From a virus: a stretch of DNA of 64,000 nt. This document shows, in pieces, positions 8,191-18,180 of the stretch. Each line of letters opens with the position of its first letter. The first letter of the stretch is position 1. The position numbers and the translations under genes are program-made. The notes under the pieces were generated by a model. The model was not told where the DNA came from. It made no database searches and saw only the letters and a program-made list of their open reading frames with translations. The stretch is taken from the IMG/VR virus record IMGVR_UViG_3300048580_000372, positions 1-64,000 of that record; one strand, written 5' to 3'.

Positions 8191-9207
8191 TCACGTATAT
8201 AATTGCAATCCTGTAGTTAATTTATAATTTTTATCCATTGTTGATACCTTGAATGGACTTCCCTTGGTTCGTTCTGGAAATGAAACATGAATCCATGGCA
8301 ATCTGCTTGGATATTCCAATATCATCTGCCCAAATGGTAAGCCTGAATTTTTAATTCGTTGTGCAATTTCAAAAACTTCTTGATTGGATTTTCCATTAAA
8401 ACGCAAATCAGCAGCTTGTCCATATTCATGCTGACTATTCTTACCCTGAACATTTCTAAATGCACTATTGACAACAAATTCATATCCCATTCCACGAATT
8501 GGCTCAAGAACGTTGTCACACAATTGTTTTAAATTACAAACTATTTCTGCTTCTGTTAACCCATGTTGTGCCCGCAATGGATGACTACCTGCTGGTGTTC
8601 TTATTGTCAAATCACCTAAAGTAAAATTTTGACTCAATCTTGTCGCAGATGTAAATGGTGGCACCAATCCACCACAATCTGGTGGCGGCGGGGTTGTTTG
8701 AACTGGTGGAACATCATCCTTTTGTGCAGGTGTTGCTGGTGGTGCATCTGGGTCCACACCATTAGCTTTACTTTGTTTTATTTGGGCTTCAGTTGGTGTA
8801 GCACCTTGTTTTAATGGTGGCCAAATTCGCAACCCTTGCATCTGCCCTTCATCTTCTAAATCTGCTTTATCTTTTTCTTCTTCACTTTGTGGAGGTGGCC
8901 AAGAATGATTGACGTTACAAGACATAACATTCGAACTACCACCAATAACAATTGAACTACAACCCAAAATATCACCAATTCTGGCAATGGGTTTTCCATT
9001 GACTAAAACTGTTGGGTCACCAGTTACAACATCACTAACATGGTCTGAAGTATTAGGACAGTGGGCTGGACAAGGTTCCCATGGGTCGCCTTGTCTGGTT
9101 ACTGGAAGTCCATTGACGATAACGTTTGGAGAACCAACATTACTCGATGATGTTCCCCAACAATTGTGTCCTGAATTTGGATCTGTTATACGTGTTACAC
9201 CTGGCAT
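8191..9207 (-). CDS. PAAR spike-tip protein fused to a C-terminal peptidase M15-type (LAS) Zn-peptidase
   Basis: N-terminal PAAR-like repeats (GVTRITD, NGLPVTRQGD, NGKPIARIGD) with His/Cys ligands; Pro-rich linker; C-terminal SAFR...SQHEYGQAAD...WIHVS. Confidence 0.85.
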   Translation of the reverse strand: MPGVTRITDPNSGHNCWGTSSSNVGSPNVIVNGLPVTRQGDPWEPCPAHCPNTSDHVSDVVTGDPTVLVNGKPIARIGDILGCSSIVIGGSSNVMSCNVNHSWPPPQSEEEKDKADLEDEGQMQGLRIWPPLKQGATPTEAQIKQSKANGVDPDAPPATPAQKDDVPPVQTTPPPPDCGGLVPPFTSATRLSQNFTLGDLTIRTPAGSHPLRAQHGLTEAEIVCNLKQLCDNVLEPIRGMGYEFVVNSAFRNVQGKNSQHEYGQAADLRFNGKSNQEVFEIAQRIKNSGLPFGQMILEYPSRLPWIHVSFPERTKGSPFKVSTMDKNYKLTTGLQLYT

Positions 9208-9211
9208 GATT

Positions 9212-9523
9212 TTACTTTCCCTTCTTTGGTGCCTTTGGCATTTTTGGCGATCCTTCTATTGCCCATTCAGAACCTTGATGAACTAAACAAGAAATCCCTG
9301 TTGGCATGGAATATACCATTGAAAAACTCTTCCCTTCTTTTTCATCATTTTTAGCAAATAATGTCAAAATATTAGATTCATTGGTTAATCCAGCCCACAC
9401 CTGATGTTCCCCATATGCCCCAGTTAATCCAGCAAAAAGTTTTTCTGTTGGCATACACATCATTTCTTGTGCAACTGTTTGTGAACTAAACAACATCAAA
9501 ATAACCACCAATATATATTTCAT
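9212..9523 (-). CDS. Hypothetical secreted protein
   Basis: Signal-peptide-like N-terminus and two Cys. Confidence 0.6.
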   Translation of the reverse strand: MKYILVVILMLFSSQTVAQEMMCMPTEKLFAGLTGAYGEHQVWAGLTNESNILTLFAKNDEKEGKSFSMVYSMPTGISCLVHQGSEWAIEGSPKMPKAPKKGK

Positions 9524-9532
9524 ATCATATCC

Positions 9533-9868
9533 TCAAAATTTAATAATGTTATCAGTATTAGTAGCAGTTTCTAATCCTGTGGTGGCTTTAATATATTGTC
9601 CTGCAGCTGATGAATTAGCTTTTACCATCAATACTATATTCTTGCGGTCTAAAGTGATTGCAGCTTGATCATCTGCACCCAACATAAATGGTGCAAAAGC
9701 AACACTACCTTGTCCACCATGACCTGCAGTTAAAATTAAAGTAAATGGTTTGTAGACTGTTACAGTTGTATCATCAACTTCTTTTACTTTGGCAATAATT
9801 TCTTCACCAGTGGTGATTTTCATTGTAACGATATCATTAGCATCGATAGTTCTTTTTTGTATTAGCAT
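9533..9868 (-). CDS. Small Sm/SH3-like phage protein
   Basis: KITTGEEIIAKV motif typical of small beta-barrel proteins of T4-like phages. Confidence 0.55.
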   Translation of the reverse strand: MLIQKRTIDANDIVTMKITTGEEIIAKVKEVDDTTVTVYKPFTLILTAGHGGQGSVAFAPFMLGADDQAAITLDRKNIVLMVKANSSAAGQYIKATTGLETATNTDNIIKF

Positions 9869-9960
9869 GTTTTATCCTCTTTTAAAGTTCTGTATTTATT
9901 TATATTGAAATTTTCTTCTTTGTATTATTATTTAGATTAAAAATTAACTCTATAGTTAAT

Positions 9961-9988
9961 AAAAAGGGTGGGATAAACCCACCCTTTA
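9961..9988 (-). terminator. Intrinsic terminator after the dUTPase C-fragment
   Basis: AAAGGGTGGG-ataaa-CCCACCCTTT. Confidence 0.8.
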
Positions 9989-10279
9989 TTTTGTCCCTGT
10001 GGAACCAAACCCACCTGAACCTCGTTTTGTCTCTGTAACTTCATTAGCCATAATAAAGTGTGCTTGGACAACAGGTGAAATAACACCTTGGGCAATTCTC
10101 ATCCCACGTTCAACTGTGAATGTTTTTTGTGAAGTGTTATGAAGAATAACTTTTACCAAGCCACGATAATCACAATTATGCAGTATAGTATTTTCGATTA
10201 TATAATTACTATTGTTTTCAACAGTCAAATCATATACTGGCATTTTACCCAACGATGTTATATTTTTAATTTTTTTCAT
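9986..10279 (-). CDS. dut: Split-intein C-fragment (35 aa) fused to dUTPase C-extein
   Basis: VYDLTVENNSNYIIENTILHN|CDYRG (intein blocks F/G), then dUTPase motifs RIAQ and RGSGGFGSTG. Confidence 0.9.
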   Translation of the reverse strand: MKKIKNITSLGKMPVYDLTVENNSNYIIENTILHNCDYRGLVKVILHNTSQKTFTVERGMRIAQGVISPVVQAHFIMANEVTETKRGSGGFGSTGTK

Positions 10280-11172
10280 TATTTTTTCTCCAAAAATGTT
10301 AATATTTCTTTTTTCAATTCATCTCGTTTTTCTTTCCAATCATGTTCCCATATTATTAAAACATCATAACCTTTTGATTTCAAAAAAGTCAATCTATTTT
10401 CATCATCTTGCCATTTTTGTTCTGCTGTTATACCCAAACTTTCATTGATTTCTAAAGGTTCAAATAATGTTGGAGAACAATGCCAATAACTACCATAAAA
10501 TTCTATAATCTTATTATCGACTGTAATATCTGGTATATAAAAATTATTATTATCATTGTAAGTTATAGTATTATGCTGAATCGGTTCAAATGATTTTTCC
10601 ACCAAAAAAGAAATTATTTCTTTTTCGCCATTGGATACTTGTGTTACTTTAAATTTAGCACACTGTTCAGAACAATATTTTCTTTTAGCCCATTTTGGGG
10701 CAACAAAGTCTTTTTTACAAGTTGGACAATTTAAATGATCTCTTCTTGATTCATCATGACATTCTACCGAACAAAAACGAACCCCTTCTTTTTCTCTATA
10801 ACGGTGTGTTAAAAATTCCTTTTTACAATGTTCACACACTTTTAAAACCATAGTAGATTCTGGAATTTTATATAAAACACCTTGATTATTTTTATTGTAT
10901 TCACCATAACATTTACTCGAACAGAATTTTTGTTTCTCCATTTGGATACTACAACCTTTTCTATCCCGTATATCATAAATTTGGTTACAATTTAAACATA
11001 CTTTTTTTCTATCTTTTCTCAATGGGTTTTTATCTGATGCCAACCATTTGGACATACAATCAATATTACAAAAACGATGCTTTGTCCTTTCAAGTCTACA
11101 TTTAGTTGTTGTTATTATATTTTGACAATAATCACAATTTATTTCAATATTATGTTTTTTACACATACTCAA
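10279..11172 (-). CDS. Free-standing homing-type endonuclease (Cys-repeat Zn modules plus Vsr/DUF559-like PD-(D/E)xK domain)
   Basis: Repeated CxxC...(F/Y)CSxxC modules; PDI...IIEFYGSYWH...IIWEHDW. Confidence 0.85.
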   Translation of the reverse strand: MSMCKKHNIEINCDYCQNIITTTKCRLERTKHRFCNIDCMSKWLASDKNPLRKDRKKVCLNCNQIYDIRDRKGCSIQMEKQKFCSSKCYGEYNKNNQGVLYKIPESTMVLKVCEHCKKEFLTHRYREKEGVRFCSVECHDESRRDHLNCPTCKKDFVAPKWAKRKYCSEQCAKFKVTQVSNGEKEIISFLVEKSFEPIQHNTITYNDNNNFYIPDITVDNKIIEFYGSYWHCSPTLFEPLEINESLGITAEQKWQDDENRLTFLKSKGYDVLIIWEHDWKEKRDELKKEILTFLEKK

Positions 11173-11176
11173 TACC

Positions 11177-11716
11177 TCAAATAATATTATCCTTTTCTGT
11201 TAATTCATTGGCTTGTTTCCAACCATTTTCTGTTAAAATTAATTGTGTATCTGTACAAACAATTTCGGTGCCATCATCAAATTCAATTTTAACAACCTCC
11301 TTTTCCCCAACTTCCCAAATTTTTAAAACTTCATCTCGTTCATATTCTTTAGTGTTGGTATTATAAGATAAAATTGTTGTTTTATTTTCAATAAAATCTT
11401 CAATTGTTTTATCACCTTCTACAGTTTTAATTTTCATAAATGATGGCACACAATCAACAGTACCTGGCGAATTTAAAACTGTTATCCCATTTTTAGCAGC
11501 CAAACCAGAACGAGGACGAACTTGGAGTTCAAACCCTTCTGGAATTTCAAAAATCAATCCAGTATTGATTAATTCTGTACAACCTGGATTAATAATAATA
11601 TCATCTGTAATTGCAGCACGAAAATCAAAACCTGCAGCACCAGAAGTTTCATACTGTGGTAGTTCCAAACCATCAAAATCATCAGTTGGAATTATATTAA
11701 CATTCACTTTATTCAT
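11177..11716 (-). CDS. dut: dUTPase N-extein (88 aa) fused to split-intein N-fragment (91 aa)
   Basis: GAAGFD, RPRSGLA and PGTVD dUTPase motifs, then intein block [11 protein letters not shown] and block B-like [17 protein letters not shown]. Confidence 0.9.
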   Translation of the reverse strand: MNKVNVNIIPTDDFDGLELPQYETSGAAGFDFRAAITDDIIINPGCTELINTGLIFEIPEGFELQVRPRSGLAAKNGITVLNSPGTVDCVPSFMKIKTVEGDKTIEDFIENKTTILSYNTNTKEYERDEVLKIWEVGEKEVVKIEFDDGTEIVCTDTQLILTENGWKQANELTEKDNII

Positions 11717-12070
11717 TGTAGTTCTCCTTTTTAAATTATTTTATACTATAACATTAATACTTTCTTCTATTCAATAAATTAATATTTTTCTGAATTTTTT
11801 CTACCATCAATAATCCATCGAGCCATTCTGAATAAATAAAATCAATAGTGTCAGATTTTTTCTGATTAATAATCATTTGTTTTTCCAAATCTTCTTTTAA
11901 TATTTTGATCATATCTTGTTTGTAATTTGACATTTTAATGCCCTCCATATATAAATATAATTGTATAAGAAAGAAAAAGTGGATACCTCCATTTTCACTG
12001 GAACAAAGTGGTGATAGACTTTGTTCCTCTTTCTTATATACTTATTTATCTAAATGGCGAAAAAAGTGCC

Positions 12071-12328
12071 TCAAATAGATAAAAAAATCGTCTTTTTTAA
12101 TCTATATTTTTCCTTGTTTTTCTTGCTGATTTCTTCTTTATGGATTTCTTTATAATTTTTTGACGCCTGATTTATGGATTCAATGTTCCGAATAGACGAT
12201 TCTTTTTGGCATTCCAAACAAGCACCACTGGAAGTATATCTATCTGATAAGTGCCCATTTCGACAAGGCTTACCTGTATTATACTTGTCCAGTCCCTGTG
12301 CCTTCGCTTCTCTTCTTTTCATCTTCAT
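12071..12328 (-). CDS. Zn-binding module typical of phage HNH/homing endonuclease N-termini; nuclease domain absent
   Basis: REAKAQG..KYNTGKPCRNGH...RYTSSGACLEC. Confidence 0.55.
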   Translation of the reverse strand: MKMKRREAKAQGLDKYNTGKPCRNGHLSDRYTSSGACLECQKESSIRNIESINQASKNYKEIHKEEISKKNKEKYRLKKTIFLSI

Positions 12329-12522
12329 CCTTTTTCTTTTTGGAAATATCAGCCAATTTCTTTTCTTTAGATATTTCTGCTTTGCGGTCTTTATCCAATT
12401 TTTCTTGCCTGTTTTTAACCAATTGTTTTTTGGACAACTTTATCTGTTGTTCTGTGTCTTCATTGACTATTTCATGCCATCTCATAATTTGATACCTCTT
12501 ATAATACAATTGTATTTAGCAT

Positions 12523-13092
12523 TTATCGAATGATTCTAAATCCCAAGCTATTTTCAATTGGCGATTTTTGTTGTGGTTCTTCTTCTGAAGTAGTCAATCT
12601 GTGTTTTTGATTTAAATACTTTTGATTATAATCATAATATTCACTATTGTTCATTGTACCTATATAGTTGCATGAATCCAATAAATTTCTTAATGATTGT
12701 TCATTTTTTACTCTAAATCTGTGGGAACCAACCATTATTTCTGTTCCCCAAACAATAAAAGTGGTCTTGTCTTCAATAACGAAATTCAATTTAGTCAACC
12801 CTTTTACCGTCATATCATTTCCACAATATTCATACACTGTGCCTGTTTGTTGGGGGACTGTTGTATTGGTAACTGTATAATCCAATGGACTGACAATTTG
12901 ATCTTCTTTTTCTTGGGACCACACAAAATTATTTTTCTTCAAATTCAAAAAATGTTCTCTTATCCACTTTGGTGCATCAAAGTTTTCTATTTCTTTAATT
13001 GTCTTGTGTTCCAATCTTGTAAAGAATAAATATTGTTCTGGTTTTTTCTTTAAACAACTTATAAAATATTGCCCAGACTTTGTATCCCTCAT
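12523..13092 (-). CDS. Hypothetical protein
   Basis: 189 aa ORF overlapping the upstream stop (ATGA coupling). Confidence 0.6.
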   Translation of the reverse strand: MRDTKSGQYFISCLKKKPEQYLFFTRLEHKTIKEIENFDAPKWIREHFLNLKKNNFVWSQEKEDQIVSPLDYTVTNTTVPQQTGTVYEYCGNDMTVKGLTKLNFVIEDKTTFIVWGTEIMVGSHRFRVKNEQSLRNLLDSCNYIGTMNNSEYYDYNQKYLNQKHRLTTSEEEPQQKSPIENSLGFRIIR

Positions 13093-13556
13093 TTGATTTT
13101 GAATCCTTTTTTATTTTTGACAAAAATATCCTTTACAATATACAATTCATTTGCTGATTCTTTATTTAAATCAATAATTTCATTTCTTGAATAATTCATT
13201 AACCATCTATTATCAACTATTAATACCATGAAGATTTCTTGTTCGGTTAATGTTTGTACTAATTTTAACTGTAGATTACCATCATTCCATTTTTTATCAT
13301 TTGATAAAACAAGGGTCCAGTACATCATTAACGCCAAGGTGGATTTTGAATAAGTATCTTCTTCAATGATTTCCCAAGGAGTCCGCCATGTTTCTGGTTT
13401 TTCGTAATCCAAGCACCACATAATTAATCCAACTTTTTCCCAAAATTGTTGAACCGATAATAGGGTATTTTGATTGTTGTCTTTATCCGCTATTTCTTCA
13501 CGGAATTCTTTCCACCGATGGCGTTTGTCGTGCCCACTTAATAAATTAAAATTCAT
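13089..13556 (-). CDS. Hypothetical phage protein
   Basis: 155 aa ORF with AAGGA SD; W.TPWEII motif. Confidence 0.7.
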   Translation of the reverse strand: MNFNLLSGHDKRHRWKEFREEIADKDNNQNTLLSVQQFWEKVGLIMWCLDYEKPETWRTPWEIIEEDTYSKSTLALMMYWTLVLSNDKKWNDGNLQLKLVQTLTEQEIFMVLIVDNRWLMNYSRNEIIDLNKESANELYIVKDIFVKNKKGFKIK

Positions 13557-13636
13557 AATTGTTTTCCTTTCTTATATGAATATTATCATCTATTTATAGG
13601 TATTAAATCAATATTAAATATTTTTTATTTAAAATA

Positions 13637-14293
13637 TTATCCAAATGGGTCGATGATAACTGGAACATTATCATTTCTAATCATAATATTTTGTTCATGA
13701 AGATCAAACTGAAACTGTCCAACATTTTTTTCAACAATAGTTAATGCTTTTTTAAAATCTGGATATTGTTGTTCAAATTCTAACGATTTATTTTTAATAA
13801 TTTTATTAAATTCTCGTTCATTATAATTTTTTTTGATTTTATCTCTCCAATCCAATAAAATGAATCTCCAACATAAACCACCACCATGTTTGGTAGTCCA
13901 ATTGGTAATCATCCAAGATGCAATTTGTATTTCCAAATCTTTATTGGTTTTCAATGGTTGAAGTTTTTCCATATAACTAATGAAATATTCTTTGCCACAC
14001 AGATCATATTTAATAATTCTTGAAACTTTTAAAAAATGTTGATTATTATAGTTGGTACATAATTCGGCATAATGCAACCAACTAACATCAGTTTTTAACG
14101 CAATTTTTAAAACAGAATTCATACCCGATTTATTATAAACTCTTGAATAGTACCCTTTCCCAATTAATTTATATCCTTTATTTTTTAAAAAAGAATCAAT
14201 AAAATTTTGTTTTTTATTTATATTACTATCAACAGAACACAATCCTTTCTCTAATGATAAATTATTTGGGTATTTTAATTCATTAATTATCAT
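13637..14293 (-). CDS. Protein-kinase-fold protein
   Basis: Gly loop IGKGYYSRVY, VLKI lysine, hinge MEKL, catalytic DLHEQNIM, IIDP. Confidence 0.75.
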   Translation of the reverse strand: MIINELKYPNNLSLEKGLCSVDSNINKKQNFIDSFLKNKGYKLIGKGYYSRVYNKSGMNSVLKIALKTDVSWLHYAELCTNYNNQHFLKVSRIIKYDLCGKEYFISYMEKLQPLKTNKDLEIQIASWMITNWTTKHGGGLCWRFILLDWRDKIKKNYNEREFNKIIKNKSLEFEQQYPDFKKALTIVEKNVGQFQFDLHEQNIMIRNDNVPVIIDPFG

Positions 14294-14302
14294 ATTAATT
14301 CC

Positions 14303-16411
14303 TTACTGTGTTGTGCCATCCCAATAACTGGTTGTATACTTGAATATACCTGTACCAGGATTCGGCAAATCGCTTGATTTATATTGCAACTTCACAGTAT
14401 TACCAGATGCATCATATTGTACATTAAATAACACACCAGTTCCATATGGATATGGTATCAAGGATGTATCAGGTCCAGTTTCAACGAAATCATCTGTCCA
14501 GTTTGTACCATCTTGATGTCCGGTCGTGATAATCTTCAAAGTGCCCATTCTAAATCTTGTGGCACCAGATGCTGAATCACTTCTCCATACACTATAATCC
14601 AATATAATGCAATTTTGTACACCTGTGTTAAATGATATGGCTGGAACAAAGTCAGTCCAAACACTTCTATTGTTTTGAATGGTTATACCAGCGGAAGTAC
14701 TTAATGCAGCACCAGAACCATTAAATGCAGAACTTGATGATGAATATGCACCATCATAAGCATTAATGATAACATTCAAATCCCCAGCAGTGTGTGTCAC
14801 ACGCAATAATGGTAAATTACCTTCATAACTGAATATGTCGGAAATACTTGTGCAACCACTAACTTTCTTATCAAAGAATATAGCTGGAACATTTGGTGTT
14901 GGTGGTGTTACAGGTGGTAATCCACCAGTTAATGGATTAGCAAATCCAATATTTTCAAAAGTATTGAATGAACTCACATGTCCATAATATATAACATTAC
15001 CATCATCATTTGGTTCACTTCTACTAATATAGATAGCACTGTCTTTGATATTACCAAAACGATTGTGTGTCATTTTGAAATTTTTTGGTCCTTCATTATA
15101 TGCACTTGATGAAGTGTTATAATCTAATGGTGTCAAATTTGAATTCATCGTCAATGGGCTTTGGTTCAAATTAACAGCACGATAAAGAGTATCAAATTTA
15201 CAAGACATTATTATAACTTCATTAACGTTATCTGTGACATTGAATGCATAAGTGGAGTTTTTAAACACACAGCCTGTGAATGAAAAATTTTCAGATCTGG
15301 CAACATTACCTGTTGCATAACTATCAATCAACACCCCAATAGTATCCCTTCTTGGAATATATTTTTCACCATTAGTCAATTTATGGTATTCTGGTGGATC
15401 TGTGGTAATCATATTGGAACGTTGCCAAGAACGGAAATGAGCAGGTTTTCCATTCCATTGTAGTCTAACAGTTGGGTCTAAATTGGATGCACCATTGACA
15501 AAATTATCATAAGCAGTATAGGCTGCATTTGTCCAGTTGGCTTCAAATGAACAATTGGTAACATCAACGTTGGCAGAATAAATCAACTTCAATACCGCGA
15601 AATCTTCTTGTGGAGATTGACGCAACATATCATTTTGTTCAAACCCCAAATAAACAAAGGTAATACCATACAGGGAAAGATTTTCAATTCTAACAGAGGT
15701 AGAAGTGATATTACTAAAAAGAACTTCTAATTCTGGAACATCATAATTGTGCCCAGCAGCTAAAACTTTTTCCCAATCCCATTCATCAACATCAGATATA
15801 CTCATAGCCGGAATGGTTCTTGCGACTGTGTAACAGTTTGGATCAGTCATAAAAATAACTGTCTTGTTGATACCATCACCAATCCATGTTGAATTTGGTG
15901 GAATAATTAATGGGCGGGATATTTTATAAAATCCAGCTGGAAAATATAATGCACGTTTTTCCGGTACACCAGGACGAGTAACATCAACTGCAGCTTTACG
16001 AATAGCAGTTGTATCGTCAACCCCAATGGTAGTCACAGGATCATAATTACCAACAGCACCATATGATTTGATTGAAACACTTTCGTCCAATTTTTCTTGT
16101 AAGAATTGATAATAATCCGAATTACCACGATTAGATAATGGTGTTGGAAATTCTGGGTTTTGGGTATCACGATAGTTATAATTATAACGTGTCAATGCAG
16201 CGACAGGTGTTAACTCAGTCAATACTTCAACGTTGTGTGGATCAGATTTGGTTCTTGGGGCAGAAATGTTGTTGTCATAATTTGGTGAACCAACGAATAA
16301 ACGAGCACTATCTGTGGTGAAACCCATCTCACCTTCTTGAAGAAGAACTTTGTTAATGTTTTCATCTAAACCTCTTCTTAACTTTATTCTACTAATTTGT
16401 GTTACAGCCAT
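14303..16411 (-). CDS. Virion fibre/spike with pectin-lyase-like beta-helix
   Basis: N-terminal RIKLRRG...EGEMGFTTD...LFVG attachment-type motif; SIKSYGAVG..DDTTAIRKA..LYFPAG.YKIS; GATAAATA upstream. Confidence 0.75.
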   Translation of the reverse strand: MAVTQISRIKLRRGLDENINKVLLQEGEMGFTTDSARLFVGSPNYDNNISAPRTKSDPHNVEVLTELTPVAALTRYNYNYRDTQNPEFPTPLSNRGNSDYYQFLQEKLDESVSIKSYGAVGNYDPVTTIGVDDTTAIRKAAVDVTRPGVPEKRALYFPAGFYKISRPLIIPPNSTWIGDGINKTVIFMTDPNCYTVARTIPAMSISDVDEWDWEKVLAAGHNYDVPELEVLFSNITSTSVRIENLSLYGITFVYLGFEQNDMLRQSPQEDFAVLKLIYSANVDVTNCSFEANWTNAAYTAYDNFVNGASNLDPTVRLQWNGKPAHFRSWQRSNMITTDPPEYHKLTNGEKYIPRRDTIGVLIDSYATGNVARSENFSFTGCVFKNSTYAFNVTDNVNEVIIMSCKFDTLYRAVNLNQSPLTMNSNLTPLDYNTSSSAYNEGPKNFKMTHNRFGNIKDSAIYISRSEPNDDGNVIYYGHVSSFNTFENIGFANPLTGGLPPVTPPTPNVPAIFFDKKVSGCTSISDIFSYEGNLPLLRVTHTAGDLNVIINAYDGAYSSSSSAFNGSGAALSTSAGITIQNNRSVWTDFVPAISFNTGVQNCIILDYSVWRSDSASGATRFRMGTLKIITTGHQDGTNWTDDFVETGPDTSLIPYPYGTGVLFNVQYDASGNTVKLQYKSSDLPNPGTGIFKYTTSYWDGTTQ

Positions 16412-16508
16412 GAAAAAACTCCATTATGAAATATATAATGTTATTTATCTTTTTTATAGATTTTTTGATTATTAAATGATACAGTGGAAAATAAAAAAGG
16501 AGGAAAAC

Positions 16509-16691
16509 ATGGAAATTTCTAAACTCATACAACAATTAACCACAATTAAAGAAATGTATGGCGATCTTCCAATTGGGGATGGCGAAGAACAATCTGCAGT
16601 TAACATCAGGATAGTTGGTAGATCAGGACGAGATGTTGGATTTGGTGATTTTTCAGAAAAACCAGAAATGGTCTATTTAAAAATTTGGTAA
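16509..16691 (+). CDS. Small hypothetical protein
   Basis: AGGAGG SD; MEISKLIQQL...YGDLPI. Confidence 0.6.
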   Translation: MEISKLIQQLTTIKEMYGDLPIGDGEEQSAVNIRIVGRSGRDVGFGDFSEKPEMVYLKIW

Positions 16692-16730
16692 AATAAACGG
16701 TATTATAAACGGTATTATAAGGGGATTAAT

Positions 16731-16973
16731 ATGGCAACTAAACTACAAATAGTAAAAGAACAATTGGCTGAAATGAAAGTATCAGAGGAAAGCCTACGAG
16801 ATAAAATCCCAATGTTGAAAACATTATGGGAAAATATGCAGGCAATGAAACGTGAAATGAACGAAGCCAAACTCAAAGCATTGGCAGAAATTGAAGGTCC
16901 ATATTTGGAAACTTTAACAGAAGCAGAAAATAAATATGCATTCTATATGCAATTAACCAGAACTAAAGTATAA
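16731..16973 (+). CDS. Small coiled-coil protein
   Basis: 80 aa ORF with SD. Confidence 0.65.
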   Translation: MATKLQIVKEQLAEMKVSEESLRDKIPMLKTLWENMQAMKREMNEAKLKALAEIEGPYLETLTEAENKYAFYMQLTRTKV

Positions 16974-16983
16974 GGAAACCATC

Positions 16984-18180
16984 ATGGCATTAAAAATATT
17001 CGATGAAGCATATATAGGATTACAAAAACGCCAAAAAAGCGTCAATGAAACAAAGGATTTATTACCACTTGGATTTATGGTCCCAAATGGTACAGATTCA
17101 GGTGCATTAAAAAGAAAAGCAACTGTTGATGATTGGGCGAATAGTAATTATTATGGGCAAAAAAATAATACCATCGAACCAATCATAATTCCAAATCTTC
17201 CAACATATGGTTTCAAATTTCATGGTGGAATTAGAACAAGTAGCCAAGGTGGGGAGACCCATTTTAGACTTGAAGACCCAAGAGGGTTTGAATTGGAAAT
17301 TAAAGCATCCAATGTTGCCTTTTTATTAACATTCACAACCTTTCATAATGGTGAAATTTTAGAAGAATGTGTGTGGATGCGTGATGGTTCATCAAATTGG
17401 TTAATCCCAATAAAGTCAGATGAATATAAAGAAGCATTAGCAATGCATTCTAAATTAACCACTGACAAAATATCATTCAAAGATGTTAAACCAGGATTTA
17501 AAGTAACACTTCACAATGGATTAATGGGGACATATTTGGGTTCACACTATCCAGTAACAAATAGTTCAAGATATTATGATGATAAAGAATTTATTAAATT
17601 TCCAGATAAAAAGCATTTTTTCTTATGTATGGAAAAAATTGATGGCATTGATAGAGAAGGGAAAACTCCCATAATTAGAACAGTAAGTTCACCAAAAGTA
17701 ATATCAATTGACGAACGCATTGAAAATTCAATACAAGATTGTGAAAATATTATCAACGAACATATTTACAACGATGGATATTTTGGTGGGGCAAAAATTG
17801 ATGGATATGGATGTTATGAATATACCAATGACATTATTTTTGTTTCAAATTCAAAAATATCATTCCAAGATATAAAGATGGATATTAGGACACTTAGCGA
17901 ATTCAAATCAACTAAAACACAACGATTAACTCGCTTATTATCATCTGGTAATGACACCTATTGGCAAAATGGTTCAAACATATTATTGATTGATAGAAAT
18001 AAATTATTAAAAAATGAATTATACACTTTAAATAAATTTAGCAATGAATCATATTATAAGAACAATTCTTATCGATATACTGGTGTTCAATATCTTGATA
18101 CATTTGATTTTGATAAACGTTGTTTGGTTATTAATATTAAATTGAAAAGTGGGAATGAATTAAAGGATCGCTTGATATGA
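16984..18180 (+). CDS. Hypothetical phage protein
   Basis: 398 aa ORF with AAGGA SD; PLGFM.P and EDPRGFELEI motifs. Confidence 0.75.
   Translation: MALKIFDEAYIGLQKRQKSVNETKDLLPLGFMVPNGTDSGALKRKATVDDWANSNYYGQKNNTIEPIIIPNLPTYGFKFHGGIRTSSQGGETHFRLEDPRGFELEIKASNVAFLLTFTTFHNGEILEECVWMRDGSSNWLIPIKSDEYKEALAMHSKLTTDKISFKDVKPGFKVTLHNGLMGTYLGSHYPVTNSSRYYDDKEFIKFPDKKHFFLCMEKIDGIDREGKTPIIRTVSSPKVISIDERIENSIQDCENIINEHIYNDGYFGGAKIDGYGCYEYTNDIIFVSNSKISFQDIKMDIRTLSEFKSTKTQRLTRLLSSGNDTYWQNGSNILLIDRNKLLKNELYTLNKFSNESYYKNNSYRYTGVQYLDTFDFDKRCLVINIKLKSGNELKDRLI

Noticed and set aside
9986-11716. Group I intron or stop-codon recoding as the explanation for the broken dUTPase
   Set aside because: The flanks are protein-level intein motifs, the three ORFs abut with no room for intron core RNA, and genes across the window read normally in the standard code.
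16696-16720. Tandem 12-bp duplication AACGGTATTATA
   Set aside because: Only two copies in a short intergenic gap; probably a slippage duplication with no supportable function.
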